Shown here: positions 12,900 to 26,694 of the stretch, piece after piece
Numbering within the stretch: the first letter of the stretch is position 1
Layout of the letters: every line of letters begins with the position of its first letter
Source of the DNA: Lama glama
Taxonomy: Eukaryota
Length of the DNA: 64,000 nt
Reading direction: 5' to 3'
Assembly (NCBI GenBank): GCA_028534125.1
Contig: CM052816.1
Location: 77,254,001-77,318,000 of the forward strand
Made by a program: the position numbers and the translations under genes
Notes under the pieces: model-generated
Databases searched by the model: none
Told to the model about the DNA's origin: nothing
What the model saw: the letters and a program-made list of their open reading frames with translations, nothing else

Positions 12900-13290
12900 G
12901 TTTTAAAAACAGCTTTATTGAGGTTCCAAACAATAAAGTGCATTTATTTAAAGTGCATAATTTGATGCATTTTGAGGTATGAATACACCTATGAAAACAT
13001 CACTATGATTAATATAATGACTATGTGATTCAACTTGAAAAGCTTTCTCATGCCCCATGGTAGTTCTCCTCCTCCGACCCCGCTTGCGTTTCCTCCCCGC
13101 CGCCCTCCACTCCACCAGACAACCAGTAATCTGCTTTCTGTCACTATAGATTAGTTTACAATTCCCGGAAATTTGTATACATAGATCTGGCTACTTTCAC
13201 TGAGCGTTAATTATTTTGAGATTAATCAATGTTGTACTGAGTATCAGTGGTTCGTTCCTTTTTGTTGCTGAGTGGTGATCCATGGTATTC
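12900..13290 (-). mobile_element. Old L1 (L1MC/MD-like) 3' UTR fragment
   Basis: Motifs aacagctttattgagg...aaagtgca...ctgctttctgtcactatagattag. Confidence 0.65.
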
Positions 13291-15254
13291 TATTCCTGAT
13301 TAACCGTGGGAAGGATTTAGAGGGAGTCCCTTTATCTGGACCATTCTTGAGTCTTTAATGTCTTTAGGACTTCTGAAGACATATTGGCATTTCAATGGCC
13401 TGGGGCAAGTTTCTCAATATACCTACTCCCCAGGGAATAAATCCTTGCACTATTAATTACATTCTTGAACCTCCCTGACCCCAGTTCAGTCATACAGGGA
13501 TCTGAAGTCACTGTCCTCTTGTAATTCTATAATTATATGAATATGTAGAGGGGGAGCATGGGTGGGCATAGGTGGGATCGCAGAGAGAGTAGCATCCATT
13601 TAATAAATCATAGTGACGCCAATTTTCACTTAAAGGCAACACCAAAATCCCTTCATCAAAGCTCTGAATGCTGCCTTGAGCTGTGGAGTATCTGAAGGAT
13701 CTTATTTCTTCACTATAAAATGTATTTCTTCTACTATAAAATAAATTCCTTCGTATTTTCTGAAGATTAAAAATAATCATTGTAGTGAGAGAATGATTAT
13801 CTTTAAATCTCACGCAGAGAATATTGTTGTTGTTTATGACTCAGTATTATTTAAGACCCGTCAAGCAGCCTCCAAAGGTGATTTTTAAGCACAAGCTCAG
13901 GATGTTGATCTGAGGACAATGGGACACATCCCCAGAGAACAGTTCCAAAAAGGAAAGGTGAACAAAACTGTGGTGAGAAGAACGAGAAACACTGTTTTTC
14001 ATCTGCTCCTAATCTAATTAACAGAACGAAAACGACGTCCCCAGATGATCTCCCATCCCCCACCCGTGGTGCTTCATTATGGACAGGATGTGTCTTTACT
14101 AGAAAAGCTTATCTTCTCCAAGAAAGCAGTTCTGATTTGCTTGGCACATACTGGCCATGAGCATTCAAGCCTCTTCCTCACAGAGTCAAAAGGAGAGTGT
14201 GAGGAGGGCGAGCAGGGGGACCCAGGGTCATGATTGCCCTGTTATTTCTTCCTAGAATAACAGACTCTCTGCTGGCTGCCAGCATGCTTATTTTTATGCA
14301 GATTTGACCTTGGGTGCAGCCTTGAAGAGCTAAAATAGAATGAAATAACTATAAGCTACTTCAAAAAGCTTGACCTTAAAAGTATATAAAAATATAAGAC
14401 AAAGGCAGGAAAACGAACCAGGCCACAGCTTTGAGCAAAGAATCGGTGAGTTTCTTGGGTTGAGTTAAAATATCAGCTCTGTGCCTGTTAGACTCCATCC
14501 TGTGTTTGATTATTTCTGCAGTGAGCGCTGCCTTTATCGATTGTTAGAGTGGAATGTGCAAGAGCATTATATTACAATCTGTCTGCAAATGGCTTTTCAG
14601 AAAGAAATTTCCTGTAACTCAGAGGCAGAAATTATGCAGGGAACTGAAAGGGGAGAGAGACTAGACAGCTGAATTTCACTTAGACTTCTGCATATGGGAA
14701 AGTGATGGGGCGCCCAGAGAGAGCTCATGCTGGTTTTCTTGGTAAAGGCTCCGTTGCAGCTTATTACTATTGCATCACCAGAAACTGTGCTGAATACTAT
14801 ACAAAGCAAACTGATGGAGGTTGTGGCTTTAAGGGTCACAATCCTTTAAAGATGTCTTAGAGCCCAGGGTCTCTTGGCTCACGTTTCTCCCTCATTTATC
14901 TCTTTTTCATCCAACTGCCTCCTACCTGTTCTTGCTGAAATCGCACCTCCTCTGTGAAGCCTCTCATCCTCTTTCAGTGCCGGTCTCCCCTTTCTGACAG
15001 CACTGCATTTTATACCACTGGATGCCATCTGCATATTGTTTCCTGATACTTTCGTATTCATTGATTTTATTTTACAATTAGACCACCAAGTTGAGGGTGT
15101 GTCTTACATACTGTGTATCCTCCAAAGAATTATAACGCGTTGTGCAGAGACCAGTCCTCTGTATGTGTGTGTGTGTGTGCACGCATGTGTGTATCCCACC
15201 TTGCCCCACGTTGCTTCCTTTAGTCAAAGACATGGATTTTCTGCATTAATAATA

Positions 15255-15689
15255 CTTGGGTTGTGTATATAATAAATGTCAACTCACCTCAGCTTAAACA
15301 ATAAAAGGAATTGATTGGCTCAACATAACCAGAAAATCTAGTTGTGGGCCTGGTTTCAAGTACGGTTCAATCCAGTGGCTCAAGGATGACAAAATAGACC
15401 TGATTTCTTTCTGTCTGCTTTACCTTCCATGAAATTGGTTTTATTCTATGATCCTTTCCATCATGGAATGGCTGCTAGCAGCTCCTGGGATAATATGTGC
15501 ATCCTTGTTCATGTCTGGAGGAAAAAGAGCATCTTTGTCCCAGCATTCCCAACAGAAGTCTTAAGAACCTGTTGGACTAGCTTACGTTGCATGTTCATCC
15601 CAATGATCCCTGTAGAATGGAGGATGGATTCACACGATAGCTTAGCTCAGCCTCCCTGGGACGATATGGATCCCCAAACTGAAATTAGG
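15255..15689 (-). mobile_element. MaLR LTR (MLT1J/K-like)
   Basis: aactcacctcagcttaaacaataaaaggaattgattggctc is a typical antisense MLT1 motif. Confidence 0.6.
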
Positions 15690-15693
15690 AAGG

Positions 15694-16193
15694 TGTGAAC
15701 TAAAAATTGGCACTTGCCATCTGCCTCTACAAGGATTGGATCACGTTGGCACTTGCCATCTAACTCTGCTTGGATTAAATCATAAGCTGCAGCAGCCGCT
15801 GACCTCCAACACACCCTGAAAGGAGTTCAGGATGGAGATGAGGCCCTCTGCGCTCTGGGAAAACTGGCTGAACAGGCCTTCAGATAGTTAGATATTTTCA
15901 GGAGAAGATTCTATGACCCCTATTCTTGTGTCTCCTCATATCTAGAAAAGCACTAAAATCATTAACGGCGACATCTGCTCCTCGTGAGTAGCAGCAAGCC
16001 TCTACCCAAATGTGTGCCTGACTGCATGTACCCACTTCACAGAAATCATATGAAACGCTGAGTTTTCCCCTTCCTCTTGGAACAGTTTCTCAGAGCTTTC
16101 TGGGATGCTGTCTCCCAGGCTATAGTCCTCATTTTGCCCCAAATAAAACTTAACCCACGACTCTCACATTGTGTGATTTTATTTCAGTCAACA
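15694..16193 (+). mobile_element. Solo LTR, ERV1 class
   Basis: TG...CA termini, AATAAA at 16142, and a 4-bp TSD AAGG at 15690-15693 and 16194-16197. Confidence 0.85.
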
Positions 16194-19100
16194 AAGGTCA
16201 AATTAGTAGATGGGAACTTAGGCTACCAACAAATGCTGTAAAACTTCAGCTGACTTTGTTTATCAACCTCCCATAACCTGCTAATATTATATCTCATACG
16301 AAAGGAATCTGTTCCCAGCCTTCTAGGTTCTTTTATTTTTATTCTAGAGAAAATCAAAGGAACCGATCCATAACTTAGGCATTAACTGGCCTCCATAGAA
16401 TTTGGCAAGTTCTGTCGCTACCACATCACTAACAAGGTTTTCCAGGGGCTGTAGTTCCCTTCTATTCACTGTCCAGCAGCATCATTTTCTCTTCCACAGT
16501 AAGTGTGAAGAAGGAAAGGAAGGAAAAAGGAAAGGAGAGATGGGGAGATAGAAAGAGAGAGAAGAAAGAGAGGGAGGGAGGGGAGATATGCACTTCAGCT
16601 TATAGGCAAACACAAAAACCTCCATGACTCTGGTTCACTCGGGCTGGGGAGACTCCTGATCCCGGTGTGTCAGAATGTGGTATGAAGAACATGAAATGAA
16701 GAGCCGTCATCATTCGCTGGACTCACTTGCAGTTACTCATTCGTTGCGAGATGAAAACCAGATATTTTAGGGGGAGAGATGGGGTTCCTGAAGGTGACAC
16801 TGCCCTCAAGTATGAAGCCCATTCCATGTTGGCCCCATTTAAGACCTCTTCGGAGGGAGGCCACATGATTTCAATTTCTGCGTTTCTATTTCTGACAAGA
16901 TCTGGGGCATTCCTGCTGTCGGGAATAAGCCATCCACACATGACAGGACTAAAATGTCCTTTCAGTTTGGGTGAAGGACCAAGCAAAGCCCGGTTTTCAG
17001 ACATTGGCCCACAGAAGCGCAGAACGAGAGAAAGGGACACGGTGAAAAGGGCCATGACTGCACTGATTCGGGGATAATCGTCTCACCATTTGAGGAAGCC
17101 AGTCTTGGAGTTGAATTGAGTGTAGGAGCAGGTAGCGGGCAGGGAAGAGGATAAACCTCTTCAGAAGGAGGGTCTGTGTAGAAGAAAGAAATGCCTCCGT
17201 ATCCTTTGACCAAAGACCAGTTTTGAGTAAAATTGTCTTCACTTCGCACAACCCAGTTGTCTGAAAATATAATCTACAAAACATCAAAGAAAGAAAGAAA
17301 AGGGAATGGAATAAGGAATTCTTTCTCTTACAAAAAGATTTCTGCAGGAATCATTTAAATCCCAAACTCCCCTTGGTCTTGTAAGGTAGTTCAACTCTCC
17401 TCAAACTTTTCTGGAACCCATCTACGTTGTAAAAGGAGGTGGCGATAAGACTCAGTGCTTAGCTGCTTGTTGAAGCTTGAGTAAAAATGTGAAGCGTTTG
17501 ATTCATCTGCCTCATAGAAGACTTCAGTTTAAAGAGATCTTAGACATACTTTTCTTTAGTTCCCGTATTAAAATGACTGTGTTGAAAGAGATCTGAAAGA
17601 TAGGGAAGTTCTTGCTTTTGGGAGGGAATCACATCAGATGAAAGAGGCAAAGGCATTACTGAAACCCCAAGTGATGTTTAGAGGCGTATTGTTCCATCGT
17701 TTCCAAGACCTGTCTTGACAGGAAGAAGCTGCCATCTGGTTCTGTCATCTGTAAGGTGAGGGGGTTGCATTTGTCCACCTGGAGGGGCCCTTCAGGCCCT
17801 ATCAGTCTTACAGTCTGTGTGCCTCGGTCGGCCAAGCGAGAATCAAGGGCAACACAATGCATGCATTCAACCGGCCTATTCATCTTGCAGAGCGTACCTC
17901 CTGGGCACTGACCGTCCCAGCCGCACAAAGCAATTCCCACATTTTCAACATTGTTTGCAGCGTTTGAGCGCCTGCGGACTCCTTCCTCCTTGGCAAAACA
18001 CCGTGGAAGGAGCACTCTGCAATCATGAGATGAGCAAAATCGCTCATATCTAGTGTTTAGACAAGATAAGCTGGAGGTCTTTACTAAAACATGATTTCAG
18101 AACCAGCCATCGCTGTCTGGAAGATTACAGCATGGTAGCGGCCCAGCAAGTAGCCCCGATGGGCTTTAGATTCTTACAGGAATGTTCTTTGGTCTGTAAC
18201 AGAGGTGGAGATCAAGGGCGGCCTTCTCCTTGGAAGATAGTTATCCCAGCTATGGTACAGTTGGAAATGATGTCAACCAGATCCTGCAATACTGGGCTCG
18301 ATTCTGGGTATCATGTTAGTGGGGCCCGTGGAGAACCTTGGAAAAGGCACAGAGGAGCCCAGAGAATCTGTTTAAGAGATTGAAAAAATGCGATAAGAAT
18401 GAAGCTGATCTAAAGGCCTTGGGATTATTTAGCTTGAGAGGTAAAAGGTTGTTCTGAATTGCTTGTAGCTGGCATTTCTGTCTTCACATCAAGCATGCGC
18501 GATTTATGTGGAAAGCAAGCATGAGTATCAAGGAACTTGTTGAGATGGGAGAGGTTCCCAGCAGTGATGGAAGACTGGCCTTTCCCACTTGGAGTAATTT
18601 ATGAAAAACTGTGCCCGATAGCAGCAGAAGAAAGATTTCTTAAAGGCTTCTTTTCGCCATTTTATTTTTCTCTCCATGGACCTCATGTTTTAAAAATCCT
18701 GTAAATCAGTTCCACTTACTAAGTAATCATATATTTGCCATGGTTTTCTAAGGTAACCCTAATTTATGCCTTTTGTCTGGTGTAATTATTGATAGTTTCC
18801 CCTTTCAATCTCTAAGTATCCCATTTGAAAAATAAGGTTCATGGTTATCCCAATAAGAGCCAGCATAGTTTGATTTTGGAAATATATATGGATTCCACAG
18901 GCTGAACTCTTTTAAAAAGTAGCTCAAAAGACTCTATTATTGGGAAAATTGGTCTAGATAAATGATTTTTGAAAATGTATGATTCTTTGATGCTGCTGGC
19001 ATTACCCAAAACACCCATTCCATGAGGGTGACATAGACAACCAGCCTCATTTGGAACAGACAGGAGATGTAACAAAGATCATACTTTTAGCTGTGAGTTT

Positions 19101-20128
19101 CAAGGGAAAGAAACCTTAATTCCAGCATCTAATCTGGGAACTTGAGAGTTTACCGACTCTCAGGAATCAGAGACCTTACTACTGCCATCTTTTTCTCGCT
19201 TCTGGGAATACGTGGTTGTGGAAAAAGAAGCAACATGAGATCTCTAAGTTTAATCCTCATTTAGTTAATTCAGCAAATACTTATTGAGCACCTCCTTGGG
19301 CCAGGCACTGTTCTAGGTACTGGGGAAATGGGCATGAAGAAAAGAGACCTAATGCCATCTTGGTGGGTACAGTTTCATAGGAAGACAGACCCTAAACTCA
19401 ACAAATGAATAGATAAATGATATGTAGTATGGCCGCTACTGTGAAATGTTTTGAAAGAAGATGGGCTTTGAACAACAGAGCCCAGGTCATCAGGGAAAGA
19501 AAACAGAAGAGCTCATTCTCCAATCCTGCCCTGGACTGAAGGCCACACCATGGCTGCCCCTTGGACTGCAAGATGCATGCTTCTTCCCTTAATATAATTA
19601 AAATGAGTAAGTGTTGGCTGCACCGACCAAGTGATTGTCACAACTTCCCACCATGATGGGGTGTCAGGCTCTCCAAACTGAAGAGTAATAGCTGGAGGTT
19701 TGGGGCAGGGGGGTGTGGTTCCTTGAGTGCTCAGTGAGGATGGCCCAAGTATCAGGTCAGAGGAAAGGCCTTCCCTGCTCAGGGATTCTGCATTTCCAGA
19801 AATAAAAGCAAGGCCAAAAAGACACAAATTTTGTTTCTGAGAAATAATTCGTTGGGGAATTTGAGTTTATTATTTTCTTCTCCATTCTCGTCTGATCTCA
19901 TTTTCAAGCCTCTCCCCCCCTATTTCAGTCTTTGGGGTGTCAGAGTGATCAGGAATTAGCTAGAGAGGGGCTTGGGTTTTGTTTGTGTGCATGTTCTTAT
20001 TTTGTGTTTAAATCGTGGAAGAATTTTGGAAGGAAGAATGGTCAAAAATCAACCTGTAAGTGTTACATCACTACTGTGGTGGTAAAAGTTTTCCAGGAGT
20101 AAGATACACAGTGACACAGACAGGAGAA

Positions 20129-21379
20129 TTTTTTTAACATTTTTTTATTGGTTTATAATCACTTTACAATGTTGTGTCAAATTTCAGTGTAGAGCACAAT
20201 TTTTCAGTTATACATGAACATGTATCTATTCATTGTCACATTCCTTTCTCTGTGTATATATTTCCCTTGTATATATTTCCCTGTGCTATACAGTATAATC
20301 TTGTTTATCTATTCTACAGTTTTGAAATCCCAGTCTATCTCTTCCCACCCCCCGCCCCCTTGGCAACCACAAGTTTATATTCTATGTCTGTGAGTCCTTC
20401 AGTTTTGTATTTATGCTTTGTTTGTTTGTTTTTAGATTCCACAGGTGAGTGATCTCATATGGTATTTTTCTTTCTCTTTCTGGCTTACTTCACTTAGAAT
20501 GATATTCTCCAGGAGCATCCATGTTGCTGNNNNNNNNNNNNNNNNNNNNNNNNNNNNNNNNNNNNNNNNNNNNNNNNNNNNNNNNNNNNNNNNNNNNNNN
20601 NNNNNNNNNNNNNNNNNNNNNNNNNNNNNNNNNNNNNNNNNNNNNNNNNNNNNNNNNNNNNNNNNNNNNNNNNNNNNNNNNNNNNNNNNNNNNNNNNNNN
20701 NNNNNNNNNNNNNNNNNNNNNNNNNNNNNNNNNNNNNNNNNNNNNNNNNNNNNNNNNNNNNNNNNNNNNNNNNNNNNNNNNNNNNNNNNNNNNNNNNNNN
20801 NNNNNNNNNNNNNNNNNNNNNNNNNNNNNNNNNNNNNNNNNNNNNNNNNNNNNNNNNNNNNNNNNNNNNNNNNNNNNNNNNNNNNNNNNNNNNNNNNNNN
20901 NNNNNNNNNNNNNNNNNNNNNNNNNNNNNNNNNNNNNNNNNNNNNNNNNNNNNNNNNNNNNNNNNNNNNNNNNNNNNNNNNNNNNNNNNNNNNNNNNNNN
21001 NNNNNNNNNNNNNNNNNNNNNNNNNNNNNGCATCCATGTTGCTGCAAATGGCGTTATGTTGTCGGCTTTTATGGCTGAGTAGTATTCCGTTGTATAAATG
21101 TACCACATCTTCTTTATCCAGTCATCTGTTGATGGACATTTAGGCTGTTTCTATGTCTTGGCTGTTGTAAATAGTGCTGCTATGAACACTGGAGTGCAGG
21201 TGTCATTTTGAAGTAGGGGTCCTTCTGGATATATGCCCAGGAGCAGGATTCCTGGGTCATATGTTAAGTCTATTCCTAGTCTTTTGAGGAATACTGTTTT
21301 CCACAGTGGCTGCACCAAACTGCATTCCCACCAGCAGTGAAGGAGGGTTCCCCTTTCTCCACAGCCTCTCCAGCGTTTG
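20129..21379 (-). mobile_element. Young camelid-type L1, 5'-truncated, spanning an N-gap
   Basis: Poly-T start, L1 3' UTR and ORF2 end (MWYIYTTEYYSAIK). Imperfect TSD CACAGACAGGAGAA (20115) / CATAGACAGGAGAG (21380). Confidence 0.9.
20530..21029. other. Assembly gap (500 N)
   Basis: N run. Both flanks carry the same gcatccatgttgctg. Confidence 0.99.
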
Positions 21380-22039
21380 CATAGACAGGAGAGTTTTATC
21401 TAGACTGTACGAGATAGTTGTAGGCACACAGTGCTTCATAGACGCTTGACTGAATTGAACGGAACTGTCTGACGTGTTCAGAAAACAAGTAGACTGAGGA
21501 CTTTGCTCTGGATATGTTCCAGGAGTTATTGTCACTAGAGGTTTAAATATATAAAGATGGTACAATAGATTCTATTTTCATGAAAGTAAACTGGACTCTA
21601 ATTAATACACCAGAAGCTGACTCACTTTGTTTTTTCAGGCACGTAGGAAGTGCCATCTCCCCTCAGTTATGACACACTGCCAGTGAGTGGATATATAGTT
21701 ACTCTTTTTTTTTTTAAGGAGTAAGAAAAGAAACAGACTTGAGAGCTAAAATGGCAGAAACCTCAGAGAGAATTCATGTAAGGAGGAAGGAAGCCAGGGA
21801 AGTGACCCGAACTGCCCGACATCACAGAATGTCATGGCATCCAACTTTCTCTTTCCTCCCATCTCATAAGAGAGAAGCTCTTATCCTAACACAAGAATCC
21901 CTGTCTACGGTCATACCACCCTGGACATGCCCGATCTCAGCTGACACAAGAATCCTTCCAAGTTTACCTGGACAGCCTCTCTCTCACTCTCCACTGTGCC
22001 GATGTCCCACTTTTCTGCCTGTCTCCCAAGTCTTTTAAG

Positions 22040-23232
22040 CTCATCACCACCGCTTCCCTCCACTCCCGGCAGAGACTTCCCTCTCTGCTCACAGACAACA
22101 AGAGCAGCGTCAGAGGGGCACCGCCTCCACTTGAGCCCCACCCACCTCCCCCCGCCGGGCTCTCACTGGACAGGGCAGAGGTGTCTTTCCTTTAGTCTCA
22201 GGCAAACCCCCCCACCTGTGCTCTAGATCCCATTCCTTTCCACTCTTTCCTATCTTTCACTCACATAGGAATGTGCTCAAATAGCCTTAATTTTTTAAAA
22301 GTTAAAATACCACCTCTCAATTGCATGTCTCCTCTAATGAGGGACCTTCGACCCTTCAGAGCCAGGATTGTTTAAAAGATGGTGCACCCCCTGCCCGATC
22401 TCGTCTTCCTGGCCCCTTCTTCCTCCTTCTTACCTGCAGTCCACCTCCCCCACTTCATGAAATTCCTGTCACTGAAGGCCCTAATGCCTTCCTGCTCTCT
22501 GATCTAGTGGATGTGCTTCGGGCCTTGCCTTCCTTGTCCTCTCTAAGGCATCGGATACCCTTGTCTCTCCCTACTTTGTGAATCGCTCTCCTTCTGGTCC
22601 ACAGAACCACTCTCCTGGATTTCCTCTTAATTCTCTGGCTGCTCCTTTTCAGTTTTCCTCTTGGCTCTGTTTCCCTCGTAAATGTGGGGAGTTCCCTGGG
22701 GACCGATTCTGAGCCGTTCTTATCCTCCTTCTTTGCTGTTCCCAGAGTGATTTTTTTCAAGTGACTATAATCGCTTCGCTCCCCTTAAGGTCCTTCAGAA
22801 GCTCTCAATTGTCTTCAGAATAAACCCTAACTCCTAGACAGGACTCACCAAATCTATCCTGATCAGGCTCATGCCGGGATCGTCTCTTATCTGTTCCCCA
22901 CGAGTTCTCTAAACTCCAGCCTGTGGTGAGCAATGAACTGAACAAATCATGTTCTGATTTCCGTCCCTTAGAAAATGTTGTCTCCTTTGCTTAGAGCCCA
23001 CTTTCTTCGCTATCTTTACCTAACAAATTCTAAGGTTTTTCCTCCCAAAGCTCAGTACACATTTCTTATCATAGGGTTTATCAATTTATATCATAGTTGT
23101 CTGTTTTTCCTTGCAGTATTTGAGGCTCTTAAAACAGGGACTCTTTTATTTATTTATTCTTTTAAGCTCTGTGTTCTTCTTGCCTAACACAATACCTGCA
23201 TGAGCGATACATTTTTTGAATGAATGAATAAA
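22040..23232 (+). mobile_element. L2 fragments
   Basis: Pyrimidine-rich L2-like body ending in ttgaatgaatgaataaa. Confidence 0.6.
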
Positions 23233-24440
23233 TAAAAGATCTCAATCCACTTGATTCCAAGCCCAGCACATAAACTAAGTTCAGATCACATAGACTTTTC
23301 CTATCAGACCTGAGTACAATGCTTCTAAACCAGTTGTACACATCTCCACAAAATAAAGGATATTGATTTTTCTACCTACAAAATAAATGTAGTTCCTGCT
23401 GTGAGAAATGTGTTTTTCTGGCCTTCCCGGTAGTCATGGAAATGAATTACAGCCTTGGACAAAAGGGCATCCCTCAGTCAAGGGGATGTGGTGTGATCTG
23501 GTGGGTAGAGAGGGCGTCTTGGAGGCAACATTCCATTTATAGCTGGTGTTGACTCCTCTGGGCCACGAAGGTGACGGGTAGTAAGGACTAATCCCTCGTC
23601 CCCTCTCCTCCAGTTCATCCCTGACATAACGGGCTAGCAGAAGGGATTCACTCTTCTCTTTTCAAGTTGGGTCTGGTTTTTGTTAGAAAAGCCTTTGCTG
23701 ATAGATGGAGACCAGAGAGAACTTTGCTAAGATTTTATTCCCATGGAAGCTTCCAGTTTGGTTACTATATCTGGTTAATTCTTATGAGCACATCATGGGT
23801 TTGTACTGTTTCTTCACATGATACCAATGTCTTTAAGAGCAGAAACCAGGTATTCTTCCTTCTCTGTTGTGTCCCTCAAGTCAAGTTTAGCCATTTACCT
23901 TTAGAGCACTGGCTAATAGGCCTTCATAATTGTTTATGAGTATAATTACCAATCATAAACTTAGATACTGCATCTTAAATAAAAGTGTAAAATAATCATA
24001 AAACCACTGTTTAGTATTTAGTTTTCCAAGATGATAATATATAAGCTTTTCTACAGAATCCTGGAAAATAGGAGACGACCCCAATCAGAAGGAATGCAGT
24101 TTTTGGCACAAGCTCTTTGAGCACAATGACATGACTTTCCAACCTATTTCTAGGGCAGTAAATAATACATTTTAAATTTTGGCATAATCTGCAGCAGTAG
24201 AAGATTATTGCGGTGATGGATTGCTTTCTGGAAACATAGTTACATGTACTTCATTAAACAATGTAGCAGAGGGGGAAGTGATGGTCCTCAAGTAGGATGG
24301 GTTCCAGCCACCTTCAAACTCTGGGTATTTATAGCCCCTTAGTCCCACCCTTCCTCAGACACTGAGTTAAATATTAAAATGACACAAGCATATGATAGAA
24401 TGTCCTTTGGTTCAAGACTTTCAGATTTGTGAAAACTCTC

Positions 24441-24980
24441 TGTGGTAGCTAGTCTCCAAGATGACCCCCATGGTCTTTGCCTTTTGGTATTTATGCCCTT
24501 GTATAGTCTCTTTACATGATAAACAGGGACAATGTGCACTTCCAAAGGAATTTGTAGAAATGACAGTGTGTAACTTTTGAGATTGGGTCATAAAAGACAT
24601 TGCAGCTTCTGCATTGCTCTCTCTTGGATCACCTGCCCAGAGATCAATCAGCTGCTCTGTTATGAGGACTCCCATAGCAGCCTTATGGAAAGGTTCATGT
24701 GGCCAAGGATTAAGTCTTCTTGCCAGCAACCACCACCAACATGCTGGTGATATTAGTGAGCCATCTTGAAAGTGGATTCTCCAGCCTCAGTCACACCTTC
24801 CAATGACTACAGGCTCAGCTAACACTTTCACTACAACCTCATGAGAAACCCTGACCCAGGACCAAACCGTTAAGCTGCTCCTAGATTCCTGGTCCACAGA
24901 CACTGTGAGATAATAAATGTTTATAATTGTTTTAAGCCACTAAGTTTTGGGTAATTTCTTACACAGAAATAGATAAAACT
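24441..24980 (+). mobile_element. MaLR LTR (MLT1E/F-like)
   Basis: Starts tgtggtag...caagatgaccccc and ends gagataataaatg...ttttaagccactaagttttggg...acacagaaatagataa. Confidence 0.8.
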
Positions 24981-25015
24981 TGAACCTGAATTAGAACCAA
25001 CTGCTGGTCTAAGAC

Positions 25016-26694
25016 TGTAATGGCAACTATGATTCATTGCCTAGACAGCTTCTTAAAGACTGACAGAACCACCTCCCAGCTGCTGGAAATATTGTCTCTT
25101 GACAACACATAGTCATAACCCTCATTAGAAATTGCCCTCAGCTGAAGATATGTCTCATCCAAGATTATGACCCCCTGACTAAGGCGGCCTGTGGCCAATG
25201 ACTAACCGATATGAGGTTAAAAAGGTCAGCCTCCCTTGCTTCACTTTGCCCCTCTCCCTAGTCCTGCTTGCCCAGTTCCTGAAAGATGTATCTCCCGAGC
25301 GCACTCCACAATAAACCCTCTGTGTTCTCAGAGTCTGGTGTCCAGGGCACCCCACCTGAAACAGTTGGTATCTGGAATGGTCCTTGAAAGCAGAGCATGT
25401 GGCAGATGGCCTGGTCGGTGTGCCAGGGCCTTGTAAGAAAACGGTGGAAAGCCTGAGGACAAAGATGTCTGAGAAGAAGGCACTTGGATGGGGCTGTGGT
25501 GGTGGGCACTATGACGTAGCAGACACTGCACTGAATAACAAAGTGACTGAGTTAGTAGTTAGATGTTGGCTAGCCTCTGTTCTCTGCGTCCCAGTGCTTG
25601 TACAGTGGATTTATGAATAGAGCTGCCATGGTGGCAGAGGTGAAGCCTTATGCATGGGCCTAATGGCATGCTCATAAGGCTGGTTTAGCTAATGATGCTG
25701 TTGAATGTCCATCCAACCTGCTGGTAACAAAGAGCAATGCTGGGTCTCCAACATGGCACCCTCACTCCAGTAGACCAAGCAGCAGTTTGTTATCAAATCA
25801 GTTCTTTGAATCTTTTCCACTCTAAATGGAGAAGCAGTTCATCTTGACAAGGACTGACACACATTCCTGGGATGAGTTTGCCTTTCCTGCCTGCAGGGCC
25901 TTGAATGAATGTCTTTGGGTGCTCTCATGCCTGGATTTAGTGGTTTATGCACAAGCACAGGCACAGTCTGAGAAGGACCTGGTAACTCAGCAAAGAGGGT
26001 CTAGGACCCCCATCAAGTGATCTCCCTAGACAAGCAGATGTGCTGGCTGAGGGTGGGAGGAACCTAGGGTGAGTGCCAGAGGATAAGGACCATAAGTATC
26101 AGTTATGAATGTAAGGTCAAGTGCAGCCATAGGGCTATTGTTCATCCCATTAGTGCTTCTCAGTTTTCATAAGAAGCAAGAACCAGACCCTGGAGACACT
26201 ATCTCCAGATGGGGCAAAATTACTATTAGATGCGAGTGGATGTGAGCAGCCTAGAGTGGATGCTGCGGTACTCTGTCAAGGTCCTCTCTTTAGGAACAGT
26301 GTACTCATGCCCCCGGTGTTAGGACTGTTAGCTGCTGACACGCCATAGCTGCGTGGCTCACTAGGAATTGTCCTTGGCTACAGAGAACTGCTCCACCTAA
26401 GGGCATCCTCTCTCCCAGGGACAGCCAGTGGCCAACGACTGGCTGAGGTGAGGATGCAAAGGTTGTCACACTTACCTCAATGAAGACATCTCTGAAGGGC
26501 CATCCCAGCTCCAGAACTTCCATGGGAATAACTGAGCCTTCTGTTGCAGCTGCCTTGTGGCTCAACTTCTGCTTTGCCCCGGTCCTGCCTTCCCCAGGTC
26601 CTTATAGGTATGTCTCCCAAGACACTTTCCAAGTAAAGTTTCTTCATGCAACTCTCAGTCTCAGAGTCTGTTTCCAAGGAACCCAACCTAAGAA
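25016..26694 (+). mobile_element. Degenerate ERVL provirus remnant (LTR16-family LTR, PBS, integrase fragment, LTR)
   Basis: LTR 25016-25363 is followed by a PBS-like TGGTATCTGGAATGGT. 25603-25750 encodes QWIYE*SCHGGRG...YAWA, resembling the ERVL integrase zinc-finger region. A second LTR16-like unit spans ~26264-26694. Confidence 0.65.

Noticed and set aside
20432..21143. Long ORFs of 185-232 aa
   Set aside because: They read through N-gaps inside an L1.
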